DNA from: Octopus bimaculoides | Lineage: Eukaryota | Direction: 5' to 3' | Assembly: GCF_001194135.2 (NCBI RefSeq) | Contig: NC_068993.1 | Coordinates: forward strand, 2,534,458 to 2,598,457 | Length of the DNA: 64,000 bases | In this document: positions 26,780-39,870 of the stretch, one piece after another | Layout: each line of letters opens with the position of its first letter | How positions within the stretch are numbered: the stretch's first letter is position 1 | Translations under genes and position numbers: made by a program | The notes under the pieces: generated by a model | What the model was told of the DNA's origin: nothing | What the model saw: the letters and a program-made list of their open reading frames with translations, nothing else | Database searches by the model: none

Positions 26780-27000
26780 CACACACACACATACATACAT
26801 ACATACATAATACATACACACATACATACATACATACATATATACATACATATTTACACACATACATACATACACACATACATACATATAAACAAAAATG
26901 CCCTGTTGTTGAGTTTGAAATTCCAATGAAGGAGCCTTGAATCTAGGTTAGAAACCGGCTCTTTCTTTACTGACAAGAAATCTTGAAATAAAACTGAACA
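26780..27000 (-). mobile_element. Interspersed repeat family F next to a (TACA)n tract
   Basis: ccctgttgttgagtttgaaattccaatgaaggagccttgaatctaggttagaaacc...tcttgaaataaaact is closely similar to 59615-59712; both are preceded by (TACA)n. Confidence 0.75.
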
Positions 27001-27679
27001 ATGACATACATACATAATATATCCACATATATATTCACACATGCACACATGCGCTCACACTGACACACATAATATATATAATTTCTATACTTCATGCACA
27101 GGGCTTTAAAAATAAATTGCTCCGTCTCTCTTCCCTTTCTTTCCATTTCTAAACATAGAACATTAGAACAATATAAAGTTTATGGGTGCAGCTCCAATTT
27201 GATACACAAACTTTCCATCATATCACTATAAAACAGTATTTAATACCACTGAATTATATCCAAATATAACACTGCTACACAAGGAAATGTCACTAATATT
27301 GTGTTGTAAAATTTAACAATATTTATGGCTATTTAAAAGCATTCTCTAGATATCTTTAGCCTGTGAATGAGATAGAAATAGAAAGTTCTGAATTATATGT
27401 AAAAATATTTATTGAGATTTTGAAACTCTTTGGTCTTGCTTAGAAATATTCATAATTCTGTTTGGCCATTTTTATTATTCTGTGAATGTACATGTAATTA
27501 TATTTTCAAATATGCTGTATCCCATTGTATTGCCATTATATTCTCTTGCTCTGTAAGTTGGCTGATTTCATAAGCTATTCCGAATTACTCAGTCATCTGT
27601 TCAACTAATTTTCTTTTGTTCGCTTTCACAGTAGAACGTCATTATATTTATTGTTTTAATTTGTTATCTTTTAGCTGTA

Positions 27680-27800
27680 CCAGTTAATAAACTGTGGCCA
27701 TGCTGGGGCACTGCCTTGAGGAATTTTTTAGTGAAATAAATTGGTTCCACTACATTCTTTAAAGCCTGGTACTTATTCTATTGGTCTCTTTGGTGTAGTG
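27680..27800 (-). mobile_element. SINE family A 3' fragment, reverse
   Basis: actgtggccatgctggggcactgcc...aagcctggtacttattctattggtctcttt. Confidence 0.75.
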
Positions 27801-28849
27801 TGAAATANNNNNNNNNNTATATATATATTGAATTTTTTACTTCTCTTACAATATAGTTTGTAAACTCCTGGTGATATTCATCTGGGAAAGTCATAGAGTC
27901 ACAATTACCTCCCCTGCCCTGAAGTCAATAAATGTACTCATTTAAATAATGAAAATGATGAGAAAAGCTGACTATTGTCACCTTCATGTAATAATACTTA
28001 TGAGGGGACAATTAAAAGAAATTTTTCGCCTCAGTATCTTGGGCATAGCAGCTAAATCTCACTCCAAGGGCACAGTAAGACTATCTCAGATAATACAGTC
28101 CAAGAAACCCCTAAAGCATGGCAGTTCATGTGTGAGGATACATCTGAGCATAACATTCCACAAATAGGAATGATCTCTGCTCAAACAACAACTGATACAG
28201 TATTACACATAAATCTCAATGTCTCTCTACAATGTTGCACTAATAAGTACCCTGGGGAGATGCATTTCAATAATGAAAGAAACAGAAATGGTATATAATT
28301 AAAATATGTCTTTTATTTGCTCAAATTCTCACATGAGCTAAGAAAGATGACAGGAAATTCTTGTAATATATCTCCTTTCCAAATTAATACATGGACTGAC
28401 AGATAATCAGAGCCCTATTGATTTTAACAAAGGGGAAACAGTAATTGCCACATGGAAGACTACAGCAAGGGAGAGATAGGGGGTGATGCTGGTAGATGAG
28501 GAGTTAGCAGTGATCGCTATGTAAAAGAAATTCCATCATTAATGAATATTAAGTTGTAAACGTACCCCCACCCTCAGCTCGGCACCAGAACAATTGCCTA
28601 AAAGTTTCTAAATTGGTTTTATTCCTAAATGCAAATCATTTGCTGTCTTGGAAAACGAAATAAGAGGGAAAAAATGTAAAGTGAAAAAACAAACAGAAAG
28701 GGAAAATTTTCCAGAGTTTTGACAACTAAACTATATGAAGTTATCTTTCCATACATACACACACACATATATATACATACACACATAAGCATGCATATAT
28801 ATACATATAAACACACACACACACAAACATTCATACCTACATACATGCA

Positions 28850-28909
<60 letters not shown>

Positions 28910-29071
28910 TGCACGCACGCACACACACGCGCACACACGCGCACACACATATATAATAGGCATATATGTATGTGAATATTTTTATATAATATTATGCATA
29001 TACATATACACTTATACACTATATATCTATCTATCAATCCATCTATCTCTCTATATATACATACATGCATG

Positions 29072-29105
<34 letters not shown>

Positions 29106-29121
29106 TATATATAATATATAT

Positions 29122-29155
<34 letters not shown>

Positions 29156-31373
29156 GTGTGTGTGTTTGTATCTTGCTAGTACATTAAAAATAATGGTGAA
29201 CATTCTAGGAGGTAAGTTTGAATTGGTTTTGCGAATATCTTATTTTCAGCTAGCTTAATCTAATATAAAGCAAAATGCTACAAAGGATAATATGACAAAA
29301 AAATTGATTGAATTTAAAATCTAAAAACTAGTGATAAAATAAAAAAAGTCAACCCTTTAATAAGAGTAAAATATAGAAGGATTTAGGAAGTCTTTAAGGA
29401 AATTTGATATAGGCTTTTTATGTTGCAATATAGGAGTTATTAGATTTAAGTTCCAACATATTTCTCATTAGATATAAAAAATAAAAAAAGAATAGTGATT
29501 TCTGCTTTCCCCTCATTCATTGAATCATCAATTATTTTGTTGAGATACGATAATGTTTCCTTGTTTAATTATCTATCTACTTTACAGAGATGCAGATTTG
29601 CTTCCTTCCCTTATACATTGTATGTGCATTTTTTGGTGGCATCAGATTCTTTTGGTAGTTATTGATCTTTAGAAAGAAGCTAGCATTATTGAAACATGGA
29701 ATGAGATATGAGAAGAATTCATGGCATCACTGCTCTTGAAAATTCAAAGATTTGCTCTAGATTTTCAGAATATATATTTTCCTTCCACTAAAATCCTTCA
29801 AAGGATGGCATTCCTGAAACCTTGTGAGACATAATATAGATATATACACACACATACACACATGCATATATATGAAGAGAGAGAGATTGTTTTACTTCTT
29901 TTTGAGATTTACATTGATACATATACGTTCTTGTTAAGGATAATTTTTATTCCAGTATTGCTAAAGTTTCAACTATATCGTCCATAACTAAAAGAATTAA
30001 GACGATTTTAGAGAAAACTTTCTTTCTCATAAACAAGCTATGAATTTTCATATGGAAGAACTTACTGCTGCAATATATTTGGTCAGGGAATTGTTTGGTT
30101 GTAAACAAATAATATTTTTTAACATAAACTCTAAATATCATAAAAAAGAAAACGTTTGATTTAGCTTACTTTCCCTTTCGATTTACTTTAGATAGTGTAC
30201 GTGTGGATTGTTACAAAGACCAACCTTGTTTAACCCCTCATCAGCAAGTTATAATAACAGGTCCTGCTAACCAATGCTCAGATGGATTACTATAGAGACG
30301 TTTCTGCTTATTGGTGTCTGATCAAAAGGTGTTCTATAATTACAAACACTTTGTTAGCTTCCAGCTCAAAATTCAGGTTTGCTGCCTCATAATATAATTA
30401 TAAAGAGATACACATCTCGTATTTAAATAACAAAATGGTGGGCTCGAAGAGATACAATATAATCAACATCAGAAATAAACGCAATTTAGTTAAATGTGCT
30501 AACTAGCAAAAATAACTAATATTATTGCTAGAGTAGTAAGGGCAGGTAAGAGAGACAACTGTAAACGTTTCTGGTTATGTGGCTTCATCAGTAGAAGTAT
30601 AGCATTCTATTCATTCCCTAGCATTGGTCAATGTTTTCCATAAATGTCACTCTATTAAGGTTATGCGCCTTTCCCTTCCATTGGTCAGTTGCAGTTTAGA
30701 CAGTGTCACATGATAAATAGGTGGTGCTGGCTGCTGGAGCCTACCAGCGAGTATTTAAAGGGAAATTTGGCAGGATGGTCAGTCACCCGCTGACATTCGT
30801 TGATGTTGCATTGAAGAGGCCAGGGAACAGAAGAAAGAGAAAGAAGACATGCACTCAACACCAGAGCTGAAGACACCTCCGAAAGGGGGAGGGCACCACA
30901 TCGAAAACGGTAGAGGAGTAGGGTCCGAAACCAGACATGGTTCCTCCTGAGGATGTCTTTAGCCACTGGGTCTATAAAGGAGCTGTTGAGGTAGCAAACC
31001 ATGAAACGCGGTTGGAATTCCATTCCACATGAATAGATAGTAAGTACTACTACTTATCAAGTTGGAATATATGGCAAGTACAGAACTATTTAATAGAACA
31101 GTGATGTATGGTACATTACAATATAAGAAAAGCAGAACGTTTGGAAGTAATACATAAACGAAAATGATATTGAATTTTCAAAAAAAAAAAGGGCTGAGTA
31201 CAAGGAAAAGAAAAAGTGCTTTGTGTAAGGAATAAAACTGCCTAAAAGTCGGGCAACAATTAAGATACAACAGCAAAACAAAAGAAAAAGAGGGAGAGGT
31301 GCTGGAAAGAAGAAAAAATAAAAATATAAGAAATTCTACTTTCTCAGAGTAGTCGAAATCTCAAAATGGGAGA

Positions 31374-31624
31374 TGTTGTGATGAGAGTTATGATGCCCCT
31401 TGTGAGAGACAGACTGGTCTGAGTGAAGTATAAATAGTAACTATCCCAGAGTTTGGAGCCGAGTGAAGTTGATGTTAGTTCACAGTGAAGTTGGAAGGTG
31501 TTGGTTGGTTAATTCACAAGGAATATTAATTGTCAATTCGTTAAGAGATCTGTTAGTTCATTACATTTTTGTTAGTGTTGTCTGGTTATCTTATGCATTG
31601 TACATAACATATTATGTTACAACA
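31374..31624 (+). mobile_element. Probable LTR (251 bp) preceded by a polypurine tract
   Basis: Starts TGTTGT and ends ACAACA (6-bp inverted termini, TG...CA); TATAAA at 31429-31434; aaaatgggaga immediately upstream (31363-31373). No matching target duplication. Confidence 0.45.
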
Positions 31625-32414
31625 GTATATATATATCAATATATATATATATATGTATACTTATATGTACATATATCTATATGTATCTGTGTGTGTGTGT
31701 GTATAGTGTATAAACATATGTATGAAATGCAAGCTATTTCATGTGGAAATGCAAACTTAGGACCAAATCTTTGATGAAAGAAATAAGAAACATAAGAAAA
31801 AGAAGGAAAACTACAAAAATACTAAAGAACTAAAGGAATCACCAATCTGCTCATCTAGACAAGGGGTTATTTGCAACATTTTAACCAGTAATTAAGAGAT
31901 AATAGATGGGAAAAATTGGAAAAGGTTGCTAAAATATTCTGTTTTATCTCAAGGAAAACTATAAATATATATTTGCTTTTATCACTAAAATCATGAATCC
32001 TTATATAAAAAAAGAATACAAATAAAAAAAATCAAGACAATAAGCAAAACAAAAGCTTCTTCCACCCATGCCACCTACACAACAAATTAAATAAAATAAG
32101 AATAATAAAAAGAATGTGTCTTATTGTTTTCTCTTGTTCTTTTGAAGTGAAAGCAAACATGAATGTCATAGATAGCTTGTCTTGCAAAGTGTAAATTAAA
32201 AACAAAATATGCTATTTTAAATTTCTTCTTGATCTTATTTAGCTAGAGGGCCATGAGAACTAAATGACTATTTTTAAGATGTTAGTAATTGTTGGTATGA
32301 TACTAATTAAGAATTTCGGTTCTCTTTCTCTGAAGAAGAAGGGAAAAAAAATATTGCCCTTCATTGATACTTGCTGTTATTTTTGTTTACTCTTTGATAC
32401 ACACACACACACAG

Positions 32415-32459
<45 letters not shown>

Positions 32460-32508
32460 TACATATACATATACATACATATATATATATACATATATAC
32501 ACAGACAT

Positions 32509-32545
<37 letters not shown>

Positions 32546-32775
32546 CATACACACATACACATACATATATATACATATATATATACATATATATATACAT
32601 ATATATATACATATATATACATATATATATATTTATATATACCTATATATATATTTATATATATATATATATGTATATGTGTGTGTGCATGTGTGTTTGT
32701 ATGTGCCTTGCTCTCTGTGTGTTTCACTGTATATACATAGGTGCACATACATACATATATAACATATGTATATAC

Positions 32776-32857
<82 letters not shown>

Positions 32858-32884
32858 TGTGTGCGTCTATGTGTGTATGCATGT

Positions 32885-32932
<48 letters not shown>

Positions 32933-33767
32933 GTGTGTGTGTGTATATACATTTAGATATCTATGTATAGATATAAAATTTTTCTGCTACTCACATCATT
33001 TTTGATTCTCTGCTGTAAAACTTACCAGAAGCTGTTAAAGAATTCTTGCTAGAATCACACCTGCAAAGTACTGATGTCAATAAATAATAGGTGTCTTCAC
33101 TTCAAAAACAGGAAAAATGCAGTTTTCAACTACGTTATCCATTCACTAAAAACAAACAATATTTTCTAGTTTCCTCTCCGTTGTCTTGTTTATAATATAT
33201 TTACATTTATCCCTTTGCATCCCTTCCATTTTTCTCTCTCTCTCTGAATTTGTGTATGAGCATGAATATATATATATACATATACATATGTATTCATGTA
33301 TGTATGTATGTATGTATGTATGTATATATATATATATTTGTGTATGTTTGTGCGTGTGTGTGTACATATTCATAAACATACAATTGCTTATGTGTAAGAC
33401 CCATCTATCTCAAGCAGAAATGTAGTCTTGTCAGACCTTTCCCCACAACTCGTCTTCTAACACCTATTTCTCCATCGATTTTTTAAATTATGGTACTACT
33501 TACTCAGGTGCTGTAAATGATGCCATTTCCAAACCCCTTAACACTTCACATTGTATTCCTACCACTGTCCCTTATTATCTCCTTCTCTTTCCTGATCCAT
33601 TCTTATTCTCTCCACTTCAACTGCATCCACTTCAAACCTCATCTCTAATCTTCTGTCATACTCACTTCACACCCAAGTGCACTTACCTCCCTATCCTCCC
33701 TTTCTCTTTCTCTGTCCCTATTCTTTCTCTCATTTGCACCTTAGACCTTCACAGTTCACCCTCAACA

Positions 33768-33798
<31 letters not shown>

Positions 33799-33919
33799 TT
33801 CCGACTGGGAAAGCCATGAGTTCACCTCTTCAGTAAAACAGAATTGTTCAAGTTGTTCTGTCATAATTTCACCTCCTTCTATTCCGGGGTTGAGTGATCT
33901 TGTCTTGTGGTTACTCAAT

Positions 33920-34030
33920 AACCTCAGTGGTTGGTGTTAGGAAGGAAATCCGGCCATAGAAATCATGCCAAAGTAGACATTGAGTCGGAGGGTTTGACAA
34001 GAGCTAACAAGCCAGACAGCCATACCAACT
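33920..34030 (+). mobile_element. RTE-associated retroposon 3' fragment
   Basis: agtggttggtgttaggaaggaaatccggccatagaaatcatgccaaag matches 16385-16435. Confidence 0.65.
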
Positions 34031-34687
34031 TCTGGTGTCTGTTTTGGCATTATTTCTTCTGCTGGATGGCTTTCCTATATATATTTTTTGTTTTTGTTTT
34101 TGTTCTTTCTTAGGAATTAAAACCAAAATACCTGAAGAATCCAACTTCTTTAGGCAGCCTAAGAAATACCCCTATCTCTCTAGTCTCGCATTTATCTGCT
34201 ATTATATTTATTCCAAGCAATATCGCTAGCTAAGTAGCCTTGGGTTATGTATTTCTTAAAGATAAACAAGTTTAATTAATTGTCATGGAGTCTAGCAGAT
34301 CAAAAGAATCCAGGGAAAAAACAATTGACTGATTTTTAAATGCATAAAATGACTAATTGCCATGGTGACGAAATTCCCTACAGGAACATGTGGCAAATGA
34401 TATCATTTAAAGAATTACCATCAAAGTATATGAGTAGGTGGAATGGTGTAAGAGAAAGTAAAAATTAGAGTACCAATATTTTTTCAAAATAAATAAGAAA
34501 ACAAATGAAGACTAATAACATCTTTAATTAGTTAAATCTATTATTAAGAAACAAAAGTAACACTAAAAAACTCAAAATAACAAAGAAGACAAATCATAAA
34601 GTAATCCAGGAATCAAACGATGCAGATCTGAGAAACATTTGAAAGGTATTGCTTGAATTTAGATAAAGAAGTAGATGCACCTAAGAA

Positions 34688-34880
34688 GTGGTAGAGGTGG
34701 TGGTGGCGGCGATGGTGGTGGGGGTGGCGATGGTGGTGGTGGCGATGGTGGTGGTGGTGGTGGTGGTGGTGGTGGTGGTGGTGGTGGTGGTGGTGGTGGT
34801 GGTGGTTGCAATAAAAGCAATGATGGTGGCAGTGGTGCTTGCAGTGGTTGGGGTTGGGAGAGGTGGTAGTAGTGGTAGTG
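34688..34880. repeat. (GGT)n tract, G-rich
   Basis: Directly visible; source of poly-G/V/P pseudo-ORFs. Confidence 0.95.
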
Positions 34881-36399
34881 GGAGAGAATATAATGGAAAT
34901 GCTTAAGACAAAGGACTGAGTACATAACGAGGTTAATTTCTCATTATATGAAGTAATTTTCTAGGATATTAAACTGGAAAATCCTCCTGCAACTATAAAC
35001 AAACATTAATTATAAAATCAAGCTACAACAATCACAAGATATTAAGCCTTCCATTAATATAGAAATAGAAATATACATACAGGCAGACACACATGTGTGT
35101 GTGCATATATATATATATATATANNNNNNNNNNNNNNNNNNNNNNNNNNNNNNNNNNNNNNNNNNNNNNNNNNNNNNNNNNNNNNNNNNNNNNNNNNNNN
35201 NNNNNNNNNNNNNNNNNNNNNNNNNNNNNNNNNNNNNNNNNNNNNNNNNNNNNNNNNNNNNNNNNNNNNNNNNNNNNNNNNNNNNNNNNNNNNNNNNNNN
35301 NNNNNNNNNNNNNNNNNNNNNNNNNNNNNNNNNNNNNNNNNNNNNNNNNNNNNNNNNNNNNNNNNNNNNNNNNNNNNNNNNNNNNNNNNNNNNNNNNNNN
35401 NNNNNNNNNNNNNNNNNNNNNNNNNNNNNNNNNNNNNNNNNNNNNNNNNNNNNNNNNNNNNNNNNNNNNNNNNNNNNNNNNNNNNNNNNNNNNNNNNNNN
35501 NNNNNNNNNNNNNNNNNNNNNNNNNNNNNNNNNNNNNNNNNNNNNNNNNNNNNNNNNNNNNNNNNNNNNNNNNNNNNNNNNNNNNNNNNNNNNNNNNNNN
35601 NNNNNNNNNNNNNNNNNNTATATATATATATATATATATATGCATATATATTTGTACATATGTGTATATATATACACACACATATATATATATTAGTGGA
35701 TTATTAATTTTTATTTAATTTCTTCAGGTTCTAGTAATTTAATAGCTACAATTAATTTTCTAATGAATAATGACCTTAATTTATTTCTTGAAAGCATGTC
35801 ACATATTTTAAACCATATCTATCTTTCTGCACAGTTACCTACCTACCTGCCCACCTATGAAACAACCTACCTGTCTATCTTCCCATCTACCTATCTTCCT
35901 ATCTACCTATCCACTCAGTCTACCTGCCTTCCTCTCTAATTACCTACCCACCTACCAACTCGCATGTATGCATGTCCATTGCCTCTGTGTATGCATCAGT
36001 ATAAATGAAAAGTTGTTTGTTAATTAACTCTTTAAATCAACAAATAGATTAAGCAAATGTACCTAGGAACACTATCTGCACAAAACCTAAGCAGCAGGGT
36101 CATTTGTGACATGCATAATTTGGTGAACCAAAAAATTTTAATTAATTCAATTATATCAAAGTAATGAAAAAAATATTAGTTTAATGATCAATTTTACTTA
36201 AGAAAGGCAAGGGAGACAATTCTGCAATTTTTTTCAGATCCACCTTGGCTGCTTTTATCTTCTAATCTATAATATGAGTGGCCATGTATCACCTTTGTAG
36301 CATGAACCCTGTTCTGTTCTGGCCATTTCTCTCATACTTTAACCCTGCATTCTGTGGCATGAATGCTTCTCTTTTGCTACTCACTTAGTTGAAGAGGAT

Positions 36400-36622
36400 C
36401 CTAGTCATGAAGGCTGTATAGCAACCACTCGAGTGCTTGTGCTATAGGAAAAAGAAAAACACCAAGTACTTCCTGTAAAGGGATTGGCATAAGAAAAGAC
36501 ATTCAGCAGCAGAAGCCACACCAAAGAAGATATGCACAATGCAGTCTTCGGACCCATGAGATCTTGTCAAACCGTCCAATCCATGCCAGCAAGGAAGATG
36601 GATATTAAATGATGATGATGAT
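36400..36622 (+). mobile_element. Degraded RTE-associated retroposon 3' end with (GAT)n tail
   Basis: gatcttgtcaaaccgtccaatccatgccagcaaggaagatggatattaaatgatgatgatg. Confidence 0.6.
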
Positions 36623-36961
36623 TCAAAAACAAAACATGTCCATAGTTGTTACCATATGTATGAAAAATTAATTTCACTCTTCACCACAATGACCATCTTC
36701 TATTTTTAATTAATATTAATAAATGACAACATAGAGTTTGTTTTCCCCACCTTAGTTGATTTTCTTGTAGCTAAAATGTATAATTTTAATTGGTTAATAT
36801 TCATTATTTCATTATTTCAGTTAGTCACAACCTGTTTCACCATTAAACCATGCAATTCTTGATTTATAAATGCTCTAATCCTCAAAACATGGTTATTGTT
36901 TATTTTTAAATATTTTACCATTAACATATGCATTTGATATTTTACTGAACTATTCCATGTG

Positions 36962-37507
36962 CAAGGGTGTGTCAAAAAGTAATGCCATTTTGTTTAGGAC
37001 AGGTATAATTACCAACACAGGAACATGTATCATGCATCAAAATGAAGCTGGTCCTCTGTGGATCACATCCCTACTTCTCAACATAGTCACTGTTTCTCTC
37101 AATAGCAATGTTTCACCTTCGAATGAGAGCATGTATCCCTGCCCCATAAAATTCTGTTGACTGCTCTTTGAGCTGCTTCTTCACTATAGTTTTCACTTCC
37201 TCGCCACTGGACTATCATCTCTTTGGCCCATGAAAGAGGGTTTGAGGCTAACAGTATTCCAATGACGAGGAAGTGAAAACTGTAGTGAAGAAGTGACTCA
37301 AAGAACAGTCAACAGAATTTTACGGGGCAGGGATACATGTTCTCATTCGAAGGTAAAACATTGCTCTTGAGAGAAATGGTGACTATGTTGAGGAGTAAGG
37401 ATGTGATCCACAGAGGACCAGCTTCATTTTGACGTATTATACATGTTCGTGCATTGGTAATTATACCTGTCCTAAACAAAATGACATTACTTTTTGACTC
37501 ACCCTCG
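36962..37507. mobile_element. Mariner-derived foldback (non-autonomous) element with two 250-bp inverted arms and a 46-bp spacer
   Basis: Arm 36962-37211 is the imperfect reverse complement of 37258-37507. Right terminus ...tttttgactcaccctcg followed by TA. The spacer plus right arm encode, with frameshifts and stops, DYHLFGP.KEGL..QYSNDEEVKTVVKK*LKEQSTEFYGAGIHVLIRR*NIALERNGDYVEE*, the mariner transposase C-terminus. Confidence 0.9.
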
Positions 37508-37769
37508 TATAACTATTCCAAGATTAAGATGTCACTGGCTGTCGAGATATGACTACAGAGAATCTGAACTTTATCACATAAATCTTTGGTTTTCCAGAAG
37601 TTACCTTTCTTTATGGTTCCTTTGCAAGTATTCTGTTTACCTGCAAGCATTTTCTGCACTGATGTCTTTGATGTTCAATAATAAACTCTGACTTACAACA
37701 CATAAATTGTACAGTTTTTACTATTTAGAACAGTAAACTCCATCTCTCTCCATATCTTACTCAGAAGAA

Positions 37770-38345
37770 AAGTGCTACCATTGATAAAGATTTTATCATC
37801 TCTGTTCCAAATCTAGCAACACTTCTGTTAATATACACTGCCTTCAGAAGTTGGAGTCAGGAACCAAAGAAGTTGTAAAAATGTTGTCCTCTGTGTCATT
37901 AACAACAGCACTTCTGATAACATATGACACCACAAGAAACGAAGTTCTGGAACCCAAGATTCTTTTTGATAATCATTGAATCATCTCTATATCGTTTCTT
38001 GTGGCAGCTTTGGTAGTACACAGTACCTCCAGAATAAAGGATCAGGATACCAGTTTCCTCAAAACTGTTACTAAAGATTTTGCCCTCTTACATTGTTTCC
38101 TATAACTGTTTGGGTAACATCAGTACCACCTGAAGAGAAAGGCAGGGAGAGGAAACCAGGATGCTGTTACTAAAGATTTCATGATCACAATGTCATTTCT
38201 GGTAACAGTTCTGGTATTACAGAGACGAGAAATATTTTATTCTCTTTATACCATTTTTAAAAACAGCTCTCATAACATACTATAGAACCTGAAGGAAGAG
38301 CAAGGAAACGAGGATAATGCATCAGCTAGTACGACTGAGTTGTCA
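37770..38345. repeat. Highly degenerate tandem array, ~90-100-bp period
   Basis: Recurring cagtacc.cc.gaa...ctgttactaaagattt units starting near 38021 and 38121, with weaker units near 37835, 37925, 38215 and 38283. Confidence 0.55.
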
Positions 38346-38900
38346 CATAATGTCTGTTGCCCATTCTATAAATAAAGTTTTCTTTTATAGAGAAAAGAAA
38401 AAAAGAGACACAGAGACGACTTAGGGCTAAATTTACAAGCAAGTTTTAAAATATCGAATATACGTTATTGTTACCTTTTCAACAGGTTTATAAAGAAGTG
38501 TCATTTCACATGTGCATACCCATAGACATATGCACAGATGGACATGCAAATTGACATACACTCATCTCATACATGCACAGACACATATATATACACATGT
38601 GTACATTGACACAAATAAAGTACAGACACGAGTACAGTGACATTGGAAAATCGATCTCATAAAAGTAAAATATTTCAGCTAGTGTTGGCAATGGGATATA
38701 AAGCCATCAAGTGGAAGGCTGAAAGTCCATAAATATAGAAGGATATAGGAAGATATATTGAATGACAAAAACAGATTCCACTTGTAATAGATGGATCAAA
38801 GGTTAGCAGTAGAAAACGATATCCACAAGTAAAATAGTCCATTCCACCCAGGCAAGTATGGAAAAATCAATACAAAATGTTGATGATGATGATGATGATG

Positions 38901-38953
<53 letters not shown>

Positions 38954-39180
38954 TCTTACTGAATTTTGGCACAAGGCACAAATATAAACACACACACACA
39001 TGCACAAACACAAAAACACACATACACCACAAATGCACAGACGTATATACAAAACTGTGAGCACATGTGTGTTTCTATATACGTGTGTATATGTAAATAT
39101 ATGCATAAACAAATGCATACCTTACACACACATACACACATACAAACACACACACACATGCACACACAGATAACTCTCTT

Positions 39181-39215
<35 letters not shown>

Positions 39216-39456
39216 TTTTCTGTTAGAGTTTCTCCTCTCTATATTTGCAGATATACATTTTATTACAATTTTCACAATTTGTTCATTCGTATTAAATATT
39301 CATAAACAATAAAAAATTAAAAAAATAAACATACAGTTTACTATTTCCATATGTATGTCTCCCAACGGACCTTTTTTGTGCATATATTATACATGTATAT
39401 ACACAGAGCGATATATTATTTAAATTCATATTTATGTATATACACACTATGAATGC

Positions 39457-39490
<34 letters not shown>

Positions 39491-39649
39491 AAACATCAAT
39501 ATTGTCTTAACATCTGCTTTTCCATGTTTGCATTGTATACACAAGACGAGATGAGGCAGATTTCCAAACGCCACATGTTCTTCCTGATACCCATCCTCAC
39601 AACAAACAGTTCAATGACCAAAAATGTTTCCATTGAAGTGTAGGTGCAA

Positions 39650-39870
39650 TACAGTCAGATTGAAACCAAAACGACACGGCTGCAAAGCAAACTTGTTACC
39701 ACAGATGTGGCTGCAGGGTCAAGCAAGGGGTTTTCTGTCCAGCAACAAGGTTTCCACTTTAGTTCCATGAGATGGCCTGTTAGAGAAATGCCTTCTACTA
39801 TAGCCTTGGGTAGATCAAAGCATTTTTGGTGGAATTGGTAGGGAGAAAATGAATGATGCCTGTCATACAT
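39650..39870. mobile_element. Two degraded SINE A heads, head-to-head
   Basis: gattgaaaccaaaacgacacggctgcaaagcaaacttgttaccacag (reverse head), then gtggctg...ccttctactatagccttgggtagatcaaagc (forward). Confidence 0.5.
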
